A stretch of DNA of 64,000 nt from Eledone cirrhosa. Taxonomy: Eukaryota. Position numbers and translations under genes: made by a program. Location: positions 190,030,001 through 190,094,000 of the forward strand of contig OZ024740.1 in NCBI GenBank assembly GCA_964016885.1, written 5' to 3'. The notes under the pieces are model-generated. The model saw nothing but the letters and a program-made list of their open reading frames with translations. It made no database searches and was not told the origin of the DNA. Of this stretch, positions 40,956 through 52,774 are shown piece by piece. How positions within the stretch are numbered: the stretch's first letter is position 1; every line of letters starts with the position of its first letter.

Positions 40956-42838
40956 AACAGGTGTGCGGGAAATACGAAAACCCATTTCATTCGTCTGACG
41001 TCAGGAATAATAGCAGTAGCAGCCGTAATAACAACAGCAACAGTGACAATGAAAACAACAGTAGCAGCCGCAACAGCATCAGCAGCAGCATAAACACCAA
41101 CAGCATTAGCAGCAGCAACAAGAACAACAACTACAGCAACAGCGGCGGCGGCAGTAGTCGTAGTACCTGCAGCAACAATAAAAGTAACAGCAGCTCTGAC
41201 GACAACAACAACAACAACAGCAGCAAAGAGAAACCAATCTCGTTTGCAGGTATCGCGAAGAACCTGGAAACAATCCTCATAACAAATGAGGAATTAGAGG
41301 AAGCGAAGAAGATGGTGACAAAAACTGGACACCGAGCAATCTCCAAAGCAGCGGAAAAATGTTTCGAAACCCAACAGCACTGTACGGTCACGTGCTGTAT
41401 AGTAAGTACAAAATCCCGTAGGGTGGAAAGAGCCACGGAGGCTCAAATACAAAAAGCCTTGGGGTCTGTGTGGCAGCGGAAAACACACATCACCCGAGGC
41501 AAGAAATATGCCACCGTAGACGTACTTTTTGCCACACCCCAGGAGGCAAAGGCTCAATCCGTAGTGACCCTAAGGAGCGAGGAAATGGTGTTGGTGCCCT
41601 CCTACTGCGGGCAAAAAATTGTGAGGGTCAAACTGACCCACGTCCCCCCCGGGATGGCCCCTTCTTGGCTGGCCGCGTCTGTCCTCGTCGGAATCGAGGA
41701 TAAAACAACTGTACTGCAAGTACAGAAAAAAGTAAGAGAAGATTGGGTCGGCACCTCCATTGAGATGTTAATCCAAACCAACCAGGAGTGCATCGAAGCT
41801 ATCCTGGATGTGATAGACTTCGATAACGGCACTCAACTGCCCATAAGTGTTGAGGGCAAACGCCCGAAATGCTTTCGCTGTGGATCGAAGACTCACCTCA
41901 GGGCCTTCTGCAACGAGAAGACCCTGAGAAAGGAGAAAACCCCCCTCCTTCCGAAACCGGATGCACGGCTGCCAGCAACAGGACCAGCGGCAACCAGGAA
42001 CGATAGGTCCGTGACACCCATACCCACACCACGGAAATCACAAACAGCAGCAGCATTGGAAATATTAACAACAACAACAGCAATACCAAATGCAGCTGCA
42101 ACAGAGACTCCAGTGCAAACATCACCAACAACAACAAGTGAAAGAGTGGAGCTGGTACCCCTCCCCGACCCCACAGAATCAGACATGGAGTGTGAGGTGG
42201 GAGAGGGATGGCAAAAGGTCGTAAGAAGGCACACACGCAGAAGCAGCGCTTCGTCGCCTTTGAAAAGCGAGGACAGAAATGAGAAAAGGGAAAAGTCCAC
42301 TGCAAAGAGACTCACAGCAGCAACACCACCAACAGTATCACCACCCACACTAGCACCACCATCACCACCGGCGACAACCCCACCGCCAACAACACCTTCA
42401 ACACCACCACCACCACAAGCACCAACATCGCAAACACAACAACAAAACACACACACCCAGCAACAACGACAAGAAATAGCAGAACCACACCCCATCCCCA
42501 GGAAAACAAATGCACACAACAAGAAACTAATGACTTACATAATTGAACACACAGACATTTCGCAACACGACTACATAATACCAGCACCAATCAAAACACC
42601 AACTAACATAAGACTGCTAAAAATAGCACATAAACAATACACAAACATTAAAACGAAATTCACCAACTACGTTGGGGATTTCAGGGACCGAGGAGGAACT
42701 ATCAATCGAAGAGTATATTCGGACATACTCATAGAAGAGCCGGCGACCAGCCGAAGGGACGATTCAACGGTCCCTTCACCAGACGATCAAGGGAAAAGGG
42801 ATGTAAAAACCATCCCTCCTCTACGAAAAGTACGGTAA
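40721..42838 (+). CDS. Tx1-like ORF1p, 705 aa, uninterrupted (low-complexity N-terminus, RRM-like core, CCHC zinc knuckle, Pro/Thr linker, C-terminal domain)
   Basis: ATG at 40721, CFRCGSKTHLRAFC knuckle, position directly upstream of ORF2, and homology to 60196-60957 and 61556-61822. Confidence 0.85.
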
Positions 42839-42873
42839 GTGGTCTTTCCCATCTTTTCCACTCTATTTTAAAC

Positions 42874-45800
42874 ATGACCTCACTCAGAATAGGCAGCATA
42901 AATGCGCGTGGCTTGGGGTCGTCATGGAAGCAGGGTCACCTGCTCAACGACCTCAGGTCACTAAACATAGATGTAGTGGCCATCAGCGAGACCAGAATCT
43001 CCGAAGCACGGGCTTTCGCACCGATCTGCGGCGGCTACGATGTGTACGCATCTCCCAGCCGTCCTGGATCGGGGGGAGGAGTTGCTGTGCTTTTTCGGAG
43101 AGGTTTGGATCTCGCCATACGGGCCATCTTCCTGGACCCAGAGGGTAAGCTGGTGGTGCTGGACGTGACCAGCGGAGACGGGAAGCTTTCAGGCTAGTGG
43201 CCGTCTATGCCCCGACAGGAGCAGGGCGGCCTGATTTCTTCCGGCGTCTGGAGACCTATCTTGGAACGTTCCGCTCTTTAGTGTTAGTGGGCGACTGGAA
43301 CGGGATCTTAGATGCACGCTGGGACTGTGTGGGTTTAGCGGATAGGGATGGAGGGTGCAAGAGCCTCACCAACCTGCTCAGGCGTTTTGAACTGTCTGAC
43401 AGGTACCGATTGGATTTCCCGAATATGCCAATGTGGACTTGGACAAATCGCATAGGATCATCCAGATCATATCTAGATAGAGTATTTTGTAGGGAAATAG
43501 ACAGGTCTAGCATAGGCTGTCCACAATTCAAGATAGTCAGCTACACGGACCACAAATTCGTGATCTGTGTGCGTGACTTAGATAGGCTTCATAGACGAGG
43601 ACCCGGCTTCTGGAAGCTAAACGCGTCCTTACCAGCGCGCAAGGCCTACAGTGACCGGATTAGCGAACTAGTTAAGCGGGCGTTGACGGAGGCCATCATC
43701 AACAACAAGTGGTGGTTTGCTCTGAAAAGAGCGATTAGAATAGAATTGAATAGGTTTAGTAAGGCTTTAGCAATAGAGAAAAATAGAGCAGAGGGAGAAC
43801 TAGTTAGAGAATTAGACGAGGCGCTTAGCAAATGCATTGCAACCGACGTGCTTGCGTCGAAATTGGCCCTTGACCAATTCTTCAATGCAAAGCACGAAGG
43901 CTGCGTTGTCAGAGCAAGGGTGCGTGCTCTCAGACACGAGGGGACGAAATCCGTTCAATGGGCCCGAGTGGCGGAGGGGTGTCGTAGCAACAAAGCCGCG
44001 ATCCGGTCTTTGATGGCCCACGACGGGCGCATGCTACTCGATCTCGGGCAAATGTGTGAAGCTTTTCAGCGACACTTCGCTCAGCTGTTCGGGGGCAGCA
44101 GTGGGCCAGGTCGAGGGATGGACTTTAGTGTCTACCTCGACGGACTGCCGCGGCTCTCGGCCACTGAGGCGAAGTGTTGCGAAAAGCCGATAACAGCCTC
44201 TGAAGTAAGGGAGGCAATGACTGGCTGCACAAGGGGTAAATTGCCTGGTTTGGATGGTCTGCCCTATGAACTTTACGTACAGATGCCAGACTTGTTCGGA
44301 GGCCTCTTGGCGGACGTCTACTGCAACTGGGAATAGAACGGGAGAATTTTCCAGCTCTGTGAGCCGAGGAGCTGTGGAGCTGCTGAGAAATGATCCGAAC
44401 AAGGGGGATAACATAGATAATTTTAGGACCATAACTCTGCTAAACACAGAGTTCAAAATTTTGGCCAAGGTGCTAGCAAAGAGGTTGGCGCTCGTCGTTG
44501 GTGGTCTGGTGGGAGAGGCTCTGACATGCGCCATTCCCACAGTCCATCCACAACAACCTCCACATCATGCGATACATCGTAGAGAGGGTAGCTAGGGAAC
44601 AAGCACGGGTTGGTCCTTGATCAATTTAGATCAGTCGAAAGCTTTCGATAGGGTCGACCATCGTTACCTAGCGGCAGTCCTGAGGGCGGCTGGCTTTGGG
44701 CCCACTTCAGAGGCTGGATCGCTGCCTTGCACAGCGACATCTGCTCTGTGGTGAGAGTGAACGGTCACCTTTCGGAACCGTTCAACATCATGCGCTCGGT
44801 CCGCCAAGGATGTCCTCTCTCGTCCCTCTTGTACGTATTGACCCTCGAGCCATTACTGCACAAACTGGAGACGTTGAGGTGGGTCGCGCGCGAACTAGGA
44901 TGCGGAAGTTCCGTGTCAGCATATGCGGACGATATCATCGTAGTGGTGTCGAACGCCAAACATATCGAGGCGATCGACACTACACTAAGAGAATACGAAG
45001 CGTTGACAGGAGCAATGATCAACCAGGAAAAGTCAGTGGGCCTGCAGCTCGGCCTGCAGCTCGGCACCTAGAGAGGCAGGTCCATGCCTTCCAACAGCGT
45101 CGTTGGACGCTGGACGGACGGACCGGTTAAATTGCTAGGGTGCCTGGTTCGGTCCGGACCTCCAGACGGACACAAACTGGGACGAAGTGACGAGCAGGGT
45201 GGCTTCTCTCACCCAGAAATGAGCGGAGAGGAAGCTATCCCTGAAAGGTCGAGCGGAGGTGGCTAACGCGTACATCGCGTCTGTCATCTGCTACCGCCTG
45301 ACCGTCGTACCTTGTCCTAAGCCTCGCCTGACTGCGCGGAGCGTTTGCTCTTTCGCTTTTGTGGAAGGGACGGGCTCCGATGGTCAGGCGGTCCATCTGT
45401 TGTCAACACCCGCTACGTGGAGGGCTGGGCATGCCGTGGCTGATGATGCGCAGGCACGCGTTCAGGCTACGACATCTCCACCTCTTCCTCGACGGTGATC
45501 AGGTGTGGTCGCCTTTTGCTAGACACGTATTTCCCCAGCTCGTTTCCTTGACGGAGCTGCAGTCCTGGGTCAAGCGAAGACCGAGAGGGAGCGCCTGGAG
45601 ACTGGAATGTCTTCAGGCGCTCACAGCCCTCGACCACTAGGGCAATGTGGTCGGTGGAAACTCCACCTCGGCGTTCTATAGAGGATTAGTGGAGGGGAAG
45701 AGCGACGACGTACTTGGGGAAAATCTAGGCGTCGACGAAAATCAACTAGCCAATCTCTTCGGAAGAACTTTCGGGCCAGGGCCTATGGACAAATTCCAGA

Positions 45801-46282
45801 AATCTCTGGCCAGGCAGTGCTACCGAGGAGCCTTGCCAGTTCGGGATAAACTCTACAGGCATGAAGGTGCCGTCAGCCGGGCATGTCCGAGATGAGCGCG
45901 GGGCGACGAAACCGTCCGGCACGCACTCGTCCAGTGTCCGAAAATTGCTGACTTGTGGGTTTATATCGAACACCTGCTGTCGCGTGTAGGACGGATCCGG
46001 CTATCTTCTGAGTCCATCGTGAGGATTGCCCCGCCCTCCTCCTTTAGCCGAGAAGTGCAGGCAGTTTTTATCTGTCTGGTGGCCATGGCGAAAGAGATAG
46101 TATGATGGACACGTTTGAAAGGGCTGAAGACGAGCACTTACCTCTTCGGTGATGACCTGATTGACTTTTTCAAATTTCATTTGAAAAGGAAAATCAAAGT
46201 AGAGAGGGAAGTGCTCTCTTCCCAGCATTTTGTTGAAAGATGGGTGAGAGAAGCAATAATGGCCCGAGTATATATACCCTGA
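42874..46282 (+). pseudogene. Tx1-like ORF2 (APE endonuclease, RT, CCHC), disabled
   Basis: SINARGL, ISET, VYAP, GDWN, YLDR, TDH, PGLDGLP, DQSKAFDRVDH, RQGCPLS, AYADD, CPR*..ETVRHALVQC, with roughly ten stops or frameshifts. Confidence 0.93.
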
Positions 46283-46566
46283 GTATATAACTGTAAATTA
46301 AAGGTGGAAAACCGGGAGAGGGCACTTGCCTTGGTGGACAGGATCACTGTGGCCTTTTACTGGGCTTTCTCCACAAATGTTCCTCCGAAGTCTCCCCCCT
46401 ATTGGGGAATTTTTAATTGTTATTTTTTTTGTTACACCCTATGGTTTTGTTTTTTACACGCAGAAATGCCCATTTGTACCGTCCTGTATTGTCCTGCACT
46501 GTCCTTAATGTCTACTTTATGTAAACCCTTGTGGTTAATAAAGAAATCATTATTATTATTATTATT

Positions 46567-47296
46567 ACAGTTGCATTTATCTTGCTTTATGTTCATACGA
46601 GTTATCACCAAGTCACAACCAGTGACCTCAAGAGACAACAAGGTCCGCCATGTTCAAGAAAGAACATACATATTCACACATGCATCTTTAGTGTTTAGAC
46701 TTGTGATGTACTTATATTGACAGAATCTTCCTTAGTATATGGGCAGTTCCCATTAGTACTATCTTTTGTATTTCTCCTATACGCGGGTTTCCTGGGATTT
46801 GCGATATGTAATCATTAGACCCCTTAGGTATCATTCCCAGAGCGCCTACAACCAGTGGTATTGTTTTAGTTCTCAATTTCCACATTTTTCCAATTTCTAT
46901 CTCCAGGTCCTTATCTTGCTCAATTTTTCAAATGTTTTTATAGATACATTCTTGTCTATTGGAACAGACATATCAATTAGCAGGCATACCCTCTTTTGAA
47001 AGTCTTTCAATATTATATCAGGTCTGTTTGCATCTATTTTTCGGTCTGTTTGGATGCTAAAGTTCCACAAGATTGAGAAGTGATCTTTTTCAAGTATGGG
47101 AGGTGGTTGATGCTCCCACCAATTCTTTTGATGGGGCAGGTCAAAATGCTTATACATTATCCAATGTATGTATTGTGCAGCTCTGTCATGCCTGTTTAGG
47201 TATTCGGTTGGAGCTATAGGACTGCACATTGAAATTATATGGTCAATGGTCTCTGGTTGTTTTTTGCATACACGGCATAATGGGCTGCACCCATTT
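46567..47296 (-). mobile_element. R4/Dong-like family B, 5'-truncated
   Basis: CRVCKKQPETIDHIISMC, YLNRHD, WNFSIQTD, NRPDIILKD..LIDMSVP (restriction-like endonuclease). Stop near 46713, then 3'UTR and (TAA)n. Confidence 0.88.
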
Positions 47297-47318
47297 TATT
47301 ATTATTATTATTATTATT

Positions 47319-48173
47319 GTTGTTATTCCTTGAATCTCAGTCATTGATGTTGGTTAACTGGAAAGTCCGTTGGATTGAATATCAAGCCACTACCTGCAGC
47401 CTCATATATTCAGGACGTATCGGAGGGTTCTTGCTGTTCCAAGCAAGCGTGCCTTTTGAAGCGTTCCAAAAAGCGTGAAGGGGCCGATTTTCTTTAACCA
47501 TCCCTGGAAACTTTTGGAGATAGTCCCCAGAGCGCCTATGACAATCGGGATCACTTTGACTTCATGGCAGTTCCAAATCCTTTTCACCTCCCACTTTAGG
47601 TCCTGGTATCGGTTAATTTTCTCCCTCTCCTTCTCTTGCACTCTCGTGTCGAACGGGCAGGCCACATCCACAATCAGACACGATTTTTTTTCTTTGTCCA
47701 CAACCACCAGGCCAGGTCTATTGTGTTCCAGTTTTTTGTCCGTCTGTATCCTAAAATCCCACAGCACCTTCACCTGATTGTTCTCCATCACCGCCTCTGG
47801 CATATGCTCATACCATTTCTCAGAATGTGGTAAACTGTTTACTTTGCACAGGTGCCAGTGGATCACCCTGCCCATCACATCGTGTCTCCAGCCCTTATAG
47901 TGGGTCTGGGCTAGGTGTTTACACTCGGACACAATGTGAGCCACAGTCTCTTCTCTCTCTCCACAGATCCTGCACAGTGGGCTAGCCTCCTCCTTGTAAA
48001 TATGGTGCTTCAACCACTTCGTTTTGAGGGCCTGCTCCTGCGCAGCCATTAGCATTCCTTCTGTAGCCTTTTTGAGGTCTCCTCTTCTCAACCAGTTCCA
48101 TGTCTGTGGATCTCTAAATTCAGTTTTCTCAAAGAAGGTACTATGAAGGGATTTTCCCTTAAGGCTGCTCTTC
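47319..48173 (-). mobile_element. R4/Dong-like family A, 5'-truncated copy 1
   Basis: ORF 47402-48091: AAQEQAL, CRIC..H..SEC zinc knuckle, RHD, WDFRIQTD, RPG (normally RPD)..VDVACPFD. (TAA)n on both sides. Confidence 0.92.
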
Positions 48174-48195
48174 TATTATTATTATTATTATTATA

Positions 48196-49381
48196 GTTGT
48201 TGTTATTCCTTGAATCTCAGTCATTGATGTTGGTTAACTGGAAAGTCCGTTGGATTGAATATCAAGCCACTACCTGCAGCCTCAGATATTCAGGACGTAT
48301 CGGAGGGTTCTTGCTGTTCCAAGCAAGCATGCCTTTTGAAGCGTTCCAAAAAGCGTGAAGGGGCCGATTTTCTTTAACCATCCCTGGAAACTTTGGGAGA
48401 TAGTCCCCAGTGCGCCTATGACAATCGGGAACACTTTGACTTCATGGCAGTTCCAAATCCTTTTCACCTCCCACTTTAGGTCCTGGAATCGGTTAATGTT
48501 CTCCCTCTCCTTCTCTTGCACTCTCGTGTCGAACGGGCAGGCCACATCCACAATCAGACACGATCTTTTTTCTTTGTCCACAACCACCAGGCCAGGTCTA
48601 TTGAGTTCCAGTTTTTTGTCCGTCTGTATCCTAAAATCCCACAGCACCTTCACCTGATTGTTCTCCATCACCGCCTCTGGCCTATGCTCATACCATTTCT
48701 CAGAATGTGGTAAATTGTTTACTTTGCACAGGTGCCAGTGTATCACCCTGCCCATCACATCGTGTCTCCAGCCCTTATAGTAGGTCTGGGCTAGGTGTTT
48801 ACACTCGGACACAATGTGAGCCACAGTCTCCTCTCTCTCTCCACAGATCCTGCACAGTGGGCTAGCCTCCTCCTTGTAGATATGGTGCTTCAACCACTTC
48901 GTTTTGAGGGCCTGCTCCTGCGCAGCCATTAGCATTCCTTCTGTAGCCTTTTTGAGGTCTCCTCTTCTCAACCAGTTCCATGTCTGTGGATCTCTAAATT
49001 CAGTTTTCTCAAAGAAGGTACTATGAAGGGATTTTCCCTTAAGGCTGCTCTTCCTCCTTGATGTTATTTCCTCCTTGGACATCCCCTGGCCTACTGTCCC
49101 CTCCTTCAGTACAGTTCTGAGCATTGGCTCCTTACTATAGGTCACGTATTTGTATAGGTTGTTTTTCTCCATCTGAACACAGTCCTCTATGCTGATAAGA
49201 CCTCTTCCACCCTCAGATCTCCTTAGGTAGAGTCTATCGACATCACTCCTCTTGTGGAACATGTTGTAGATAGTCAATAGCTTCCTAGTCTTCCTATCCA
49301 TTTCTTTTTGTTCAGCAACATTCCATCTCAGAATTCCCGCACTGTACCTAATAATAGACACAGCTCGGGAATTTACTGCGC
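48196..49381 (-). mobile_element. R4/Dong-like family A, 5'-truncated copy 2
   Basis: Near-identical to copy 1, extending into the RT thumb (DRLYLRRSEGGRGL). (TAA)n on both sides. Confidence 0.92.
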
Positions 49382-49420
<39 letters not shown>

Positions 49421-49421
<1 letters not shown>

Positions 49422-51585
49422 CATCATCCTCCTCCTCCTATTTCTTCTTCTTCTTCTTGACAGGGTTGTAGCGCCACAATCTTAAACACTCATTCCAACG
49501 GATCCTGTCAGAGGCAACCGCCTCCGACTATTCGGCTCCATGTCCAAGCGGGATCAGCCAAACATCTTGCTCGGCATCTACCCCTGAGTCTCCTATATGT
49601 TGATTTTCGCCTGTAAAATCAGTAGAGCGATTCATTCCTTAGAAATTCTATCACATGTCATAGTATCGGAACTGTGATCTCTCAATTCGAAGTATTAGCA
49701 CCTGTACTTTAAATGACTCTCCGATCCCGAGTTACGATATCTATCGAGTAACGTTACTTTAAAGAGCCTTCGAAGGAACACCACGTTCACCTGTATACGA
49801 GATCGTATTCTTTCGGTCATGAACATAGGTTAATATAAGAACAAATGCCGAAATGAATATAGCGAGTTTGGCTTTTACGCCTACCTATTTTTTCTGATTA
49901 CTGAAATTGGTGCATTATTGCATAACCTCCCGCAATTCCTGCACTTAATTTAGCCTTCTGCACTCCATAGCTCGTGAACACGGCCCCGATATATTTGAAC
50001 TATTCTATCTGCTTCAGTGGAACCCCATTATTATGTAGAGTGCACTGCGCAGGCTTCCTTAAAAGGACGAGTGTCTAAGTTTTCGCAGCACCGATGTTCA
50101 TTCCAGCCGTGCAGCAGACGGCATGAAACCTTGTCGAATTAAGTAACACCATTCCGTCTGCAAATTCCAGCTGACTGTTGTTACACGCACATGTTATACC
50201 ACTTCCAAACCGACTAAGCCTGTCAATCCTGTTCATGTAAATAATTGTTTCTACTGTTGGCACTGGTACTTCATTTTATCGACCCCGTAAGTATGAAAGG
50301 CAAAATTAACCTCGGCGGAATTTGAAGACAGATCTTAAAGGGCCGTAACTATGCTGCAAAGCATGTTGTTCGACCCTCTACTGATACTGCCAATCCAACG
50401 CCCTTTTCATGTAAATAATGAACAGGACAGAATGCCGTACACACCCTTGGCGGAGACTGACTCCCACAATCAATGGTTTTCATTTAGCATCATTTATCCG
50501 AACACAAATAAACGGGCATGCGTATAGAGACACTCAGGCAGCAAGAAGCTGACCATCGATCACACTCATGCAGAACCTTCCACAGCATATCCCGAGGGAC
50601 ACGGCCATAACTCTTTTCAAGGTCGACAAAACAAGAATGTACATCTTGGCAGTACTCTCACGATTTCTCGAAGACCTGTCACATTGCGAATATTTGATCG
50701 GTTGTGATGCTTCCGGGATGAAAACCGCACTGCTCAGCAGATGGCTTGAGCAAGATAATATTGGATCTCTTTGTTAGACACCTAGCATAGACTTTACCGG
50801 GGCGCCTTAACAAGGAAATCCCTCTGTAATGGGAACAATATCTCTTGTCTCTCTTTCTGAAAATTGGGATTATATCTCCCAATTGCCATTGCTTAGGTGC
50901 CTTTCCAGAGATACAGGCCACCCGACACAGATGATTCAGCTAGATTAAACCTTCTCTATTTGAGGCGTGTAACATTTCGGGACGGATTTCATCTCCTGCA
51001 GAGGCATTGCTTCATTTGAACATTTTAACTGTTCATTTGATCTCAGTATTTGAGAGATTTGTCATCGCTTCCAGAATCACCACTTGTACATGTGAAGATA
51101 CTGATATAATCGAGTGATCAGCCAAGTATTGCCTCTATCTCGCGAGGATGACCCTCACTGAAAGGAGAGCCCAAGATGCGTTCGTGTAAGCAGATATGGA
51201 GGAGTGGTTCTTATTTCCAAGTTTGATCGTGGTCTGCCAGAACACTTTATTTGCTTATCTGAAGTCGGATTCCATCTTAACCACAAAGTCCTCACATGTG
51301 TTGACTTTGAAAGACGTTAGTGCCTTTGATGCAATTATTCGTGGCTGCATTACTGTACGTGCAAGAAGCAGGAGTTATCTTCAAGCCAACCTTTATAAGT
51401 CTACGCCTCTGCTCGGATGGCATCTTTGCTCTCTTGATTGAATAAAAGGGACCTCCTGCCATCTGGCACCACACCTCAACTCTTTCGCTCGTAGAATTTA
51501 GCAGCTGAAGCAGAAACTACTACATTGAACAATCTCCACACCCTCTCAAAGCCTTCATTTTGAATCCCTATCCAACAATGCTTCT
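49421..51585 (-). mobile_element. Old RTE-clade LINE fragment
   Basis: PKQWQLGDIIPIFRK, YRGISLL..PGKVY, EQCGF..TTDQIF, LFIIYMNRID, LEFADG. The 3' tail is (GAA)n(GAG)n(GAT)n at 49421-49458. Confidence 0.85.
50246..50405 (-). mobile_element. SINE family S inserted in the RTE RT, with 14-bp TSD
   Basis: TTCATGTAAATAAT occurs at 50232-50245 and 50406-50419. Removing the SINE restores LFIIYMNRID. Confidence 0.9.
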
Positions 51586-52774
51586 TCTGCTAAAGAACGG
51601 GGTGCAGTTGCATGTAGCGATACTGCCACCAGGTATGATGTTTATTGGTAATATAACGCGGGCGAATAAGCAACATTGGACCAACTGTGGTAAACTTCTA
51701 TGGGAGATGGAGTAATGGGTGAAACCTGTAGCTCACAAGACGACACTCACAACCCAATGACGTAGCTATGACGAGGCATGTAAAAGCCACCCATAAAGGA
51801 GTCTAGACTTCAAGGTTCTGAAAAAGTAACAGATTAGTGAATGGCGTGAAGAAAATCACTGGAACTGAAACTGCAAGCAATATGATGAGGAAAACAAAGA
51901 AGACCATATCGCATCGACAGATGCCTATTTTTCAGAAGCGGCTACAGTCAGATAGAGAAGGAACATAATCTAATGGATCAATGTATAACTCTTACTTAAT
52001 TTAGAAACAAAGGCGTGAGAGACATTGTGTATCGGATACCCATGAGGTGTGTAAGTCTTAAAAATAAGGAATTAGCAAAGCACCACTAAATTCTTGGTCT
52101 AATAGTTTACACTATCTGTTAGTTCCCCGTCATATATTTAAATATTAAGCAAACTGGACAAAATGATTATATTTTTGAAATGATTATATATTTAATTATA
52201 TTCATGAAAAAATTCGAAAGTAAAATAATGATTATTATCTCAGAATACGATTAGATTTTTGACAAACATATTATTTTAATCTATTTCCTCCAAAACTCAT
52301 AAAATATGTATAAGTATTCAATTGATGGAATTACTTCAACTGATATTTTCTTTTGTCAGTATGCTCCTATGTATAATATGTTACAAAATTGTTCATAAAT
52401 AATAATCAAATGTCTCTGATGGAATTAAAAATGCACAGCTTTTTTGTCAGGCACAATTCGCTTTGGTTATGTGCCAAACACATTTCTTCTTATAACCCTT
52501 AGCTAAATCGCTTTAACAACACCCATCAATTTATGAACATTAAATATAATTGAACAGATTCTTAGAATTTGGTGAAAGAGTATGTTTTCTTTCGACATAT
52601 TATGTTCGAAGTAGTTTTATCTTTCTGCCTCAACTTAGCATCTCATGCATCTGATGGGCTTTTTTATCAGCATATCTTGACAAAGTTGATATATTTAACA
52701 TACGTTCTACTGTCAAAATTTTATACATTTTATAAGGCATCACATACGAAATATTTTTCGAATCTCGCACATAC

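Larger units (their letters stand above)
40503..46548 (+). mobile_element. Tx1-like (L1 group) non-LTR retrotransposon, full length, copy 1
   Basis: 5'UTR, ORF1, ORF2 (APE-RT-CCHC) and 3'UTR with AATAAA at 46537. (ATT)n lies directly on both sides. Confidence 0.9.

Noticed and set aside
41893-42590. Antisense Val/Gly-rich ORFs within Tx1 ORF1, and similar antisense ORFs in LINE copies
   Set aside because: Shadow frames of low-complexity or coding sequence.
49382-49427. MMIIIIII N-terminus of ORF 48282-49427
   Set aside because: It comes from reading through the flanking (ATA)n target, and the element is 5'-truncated.
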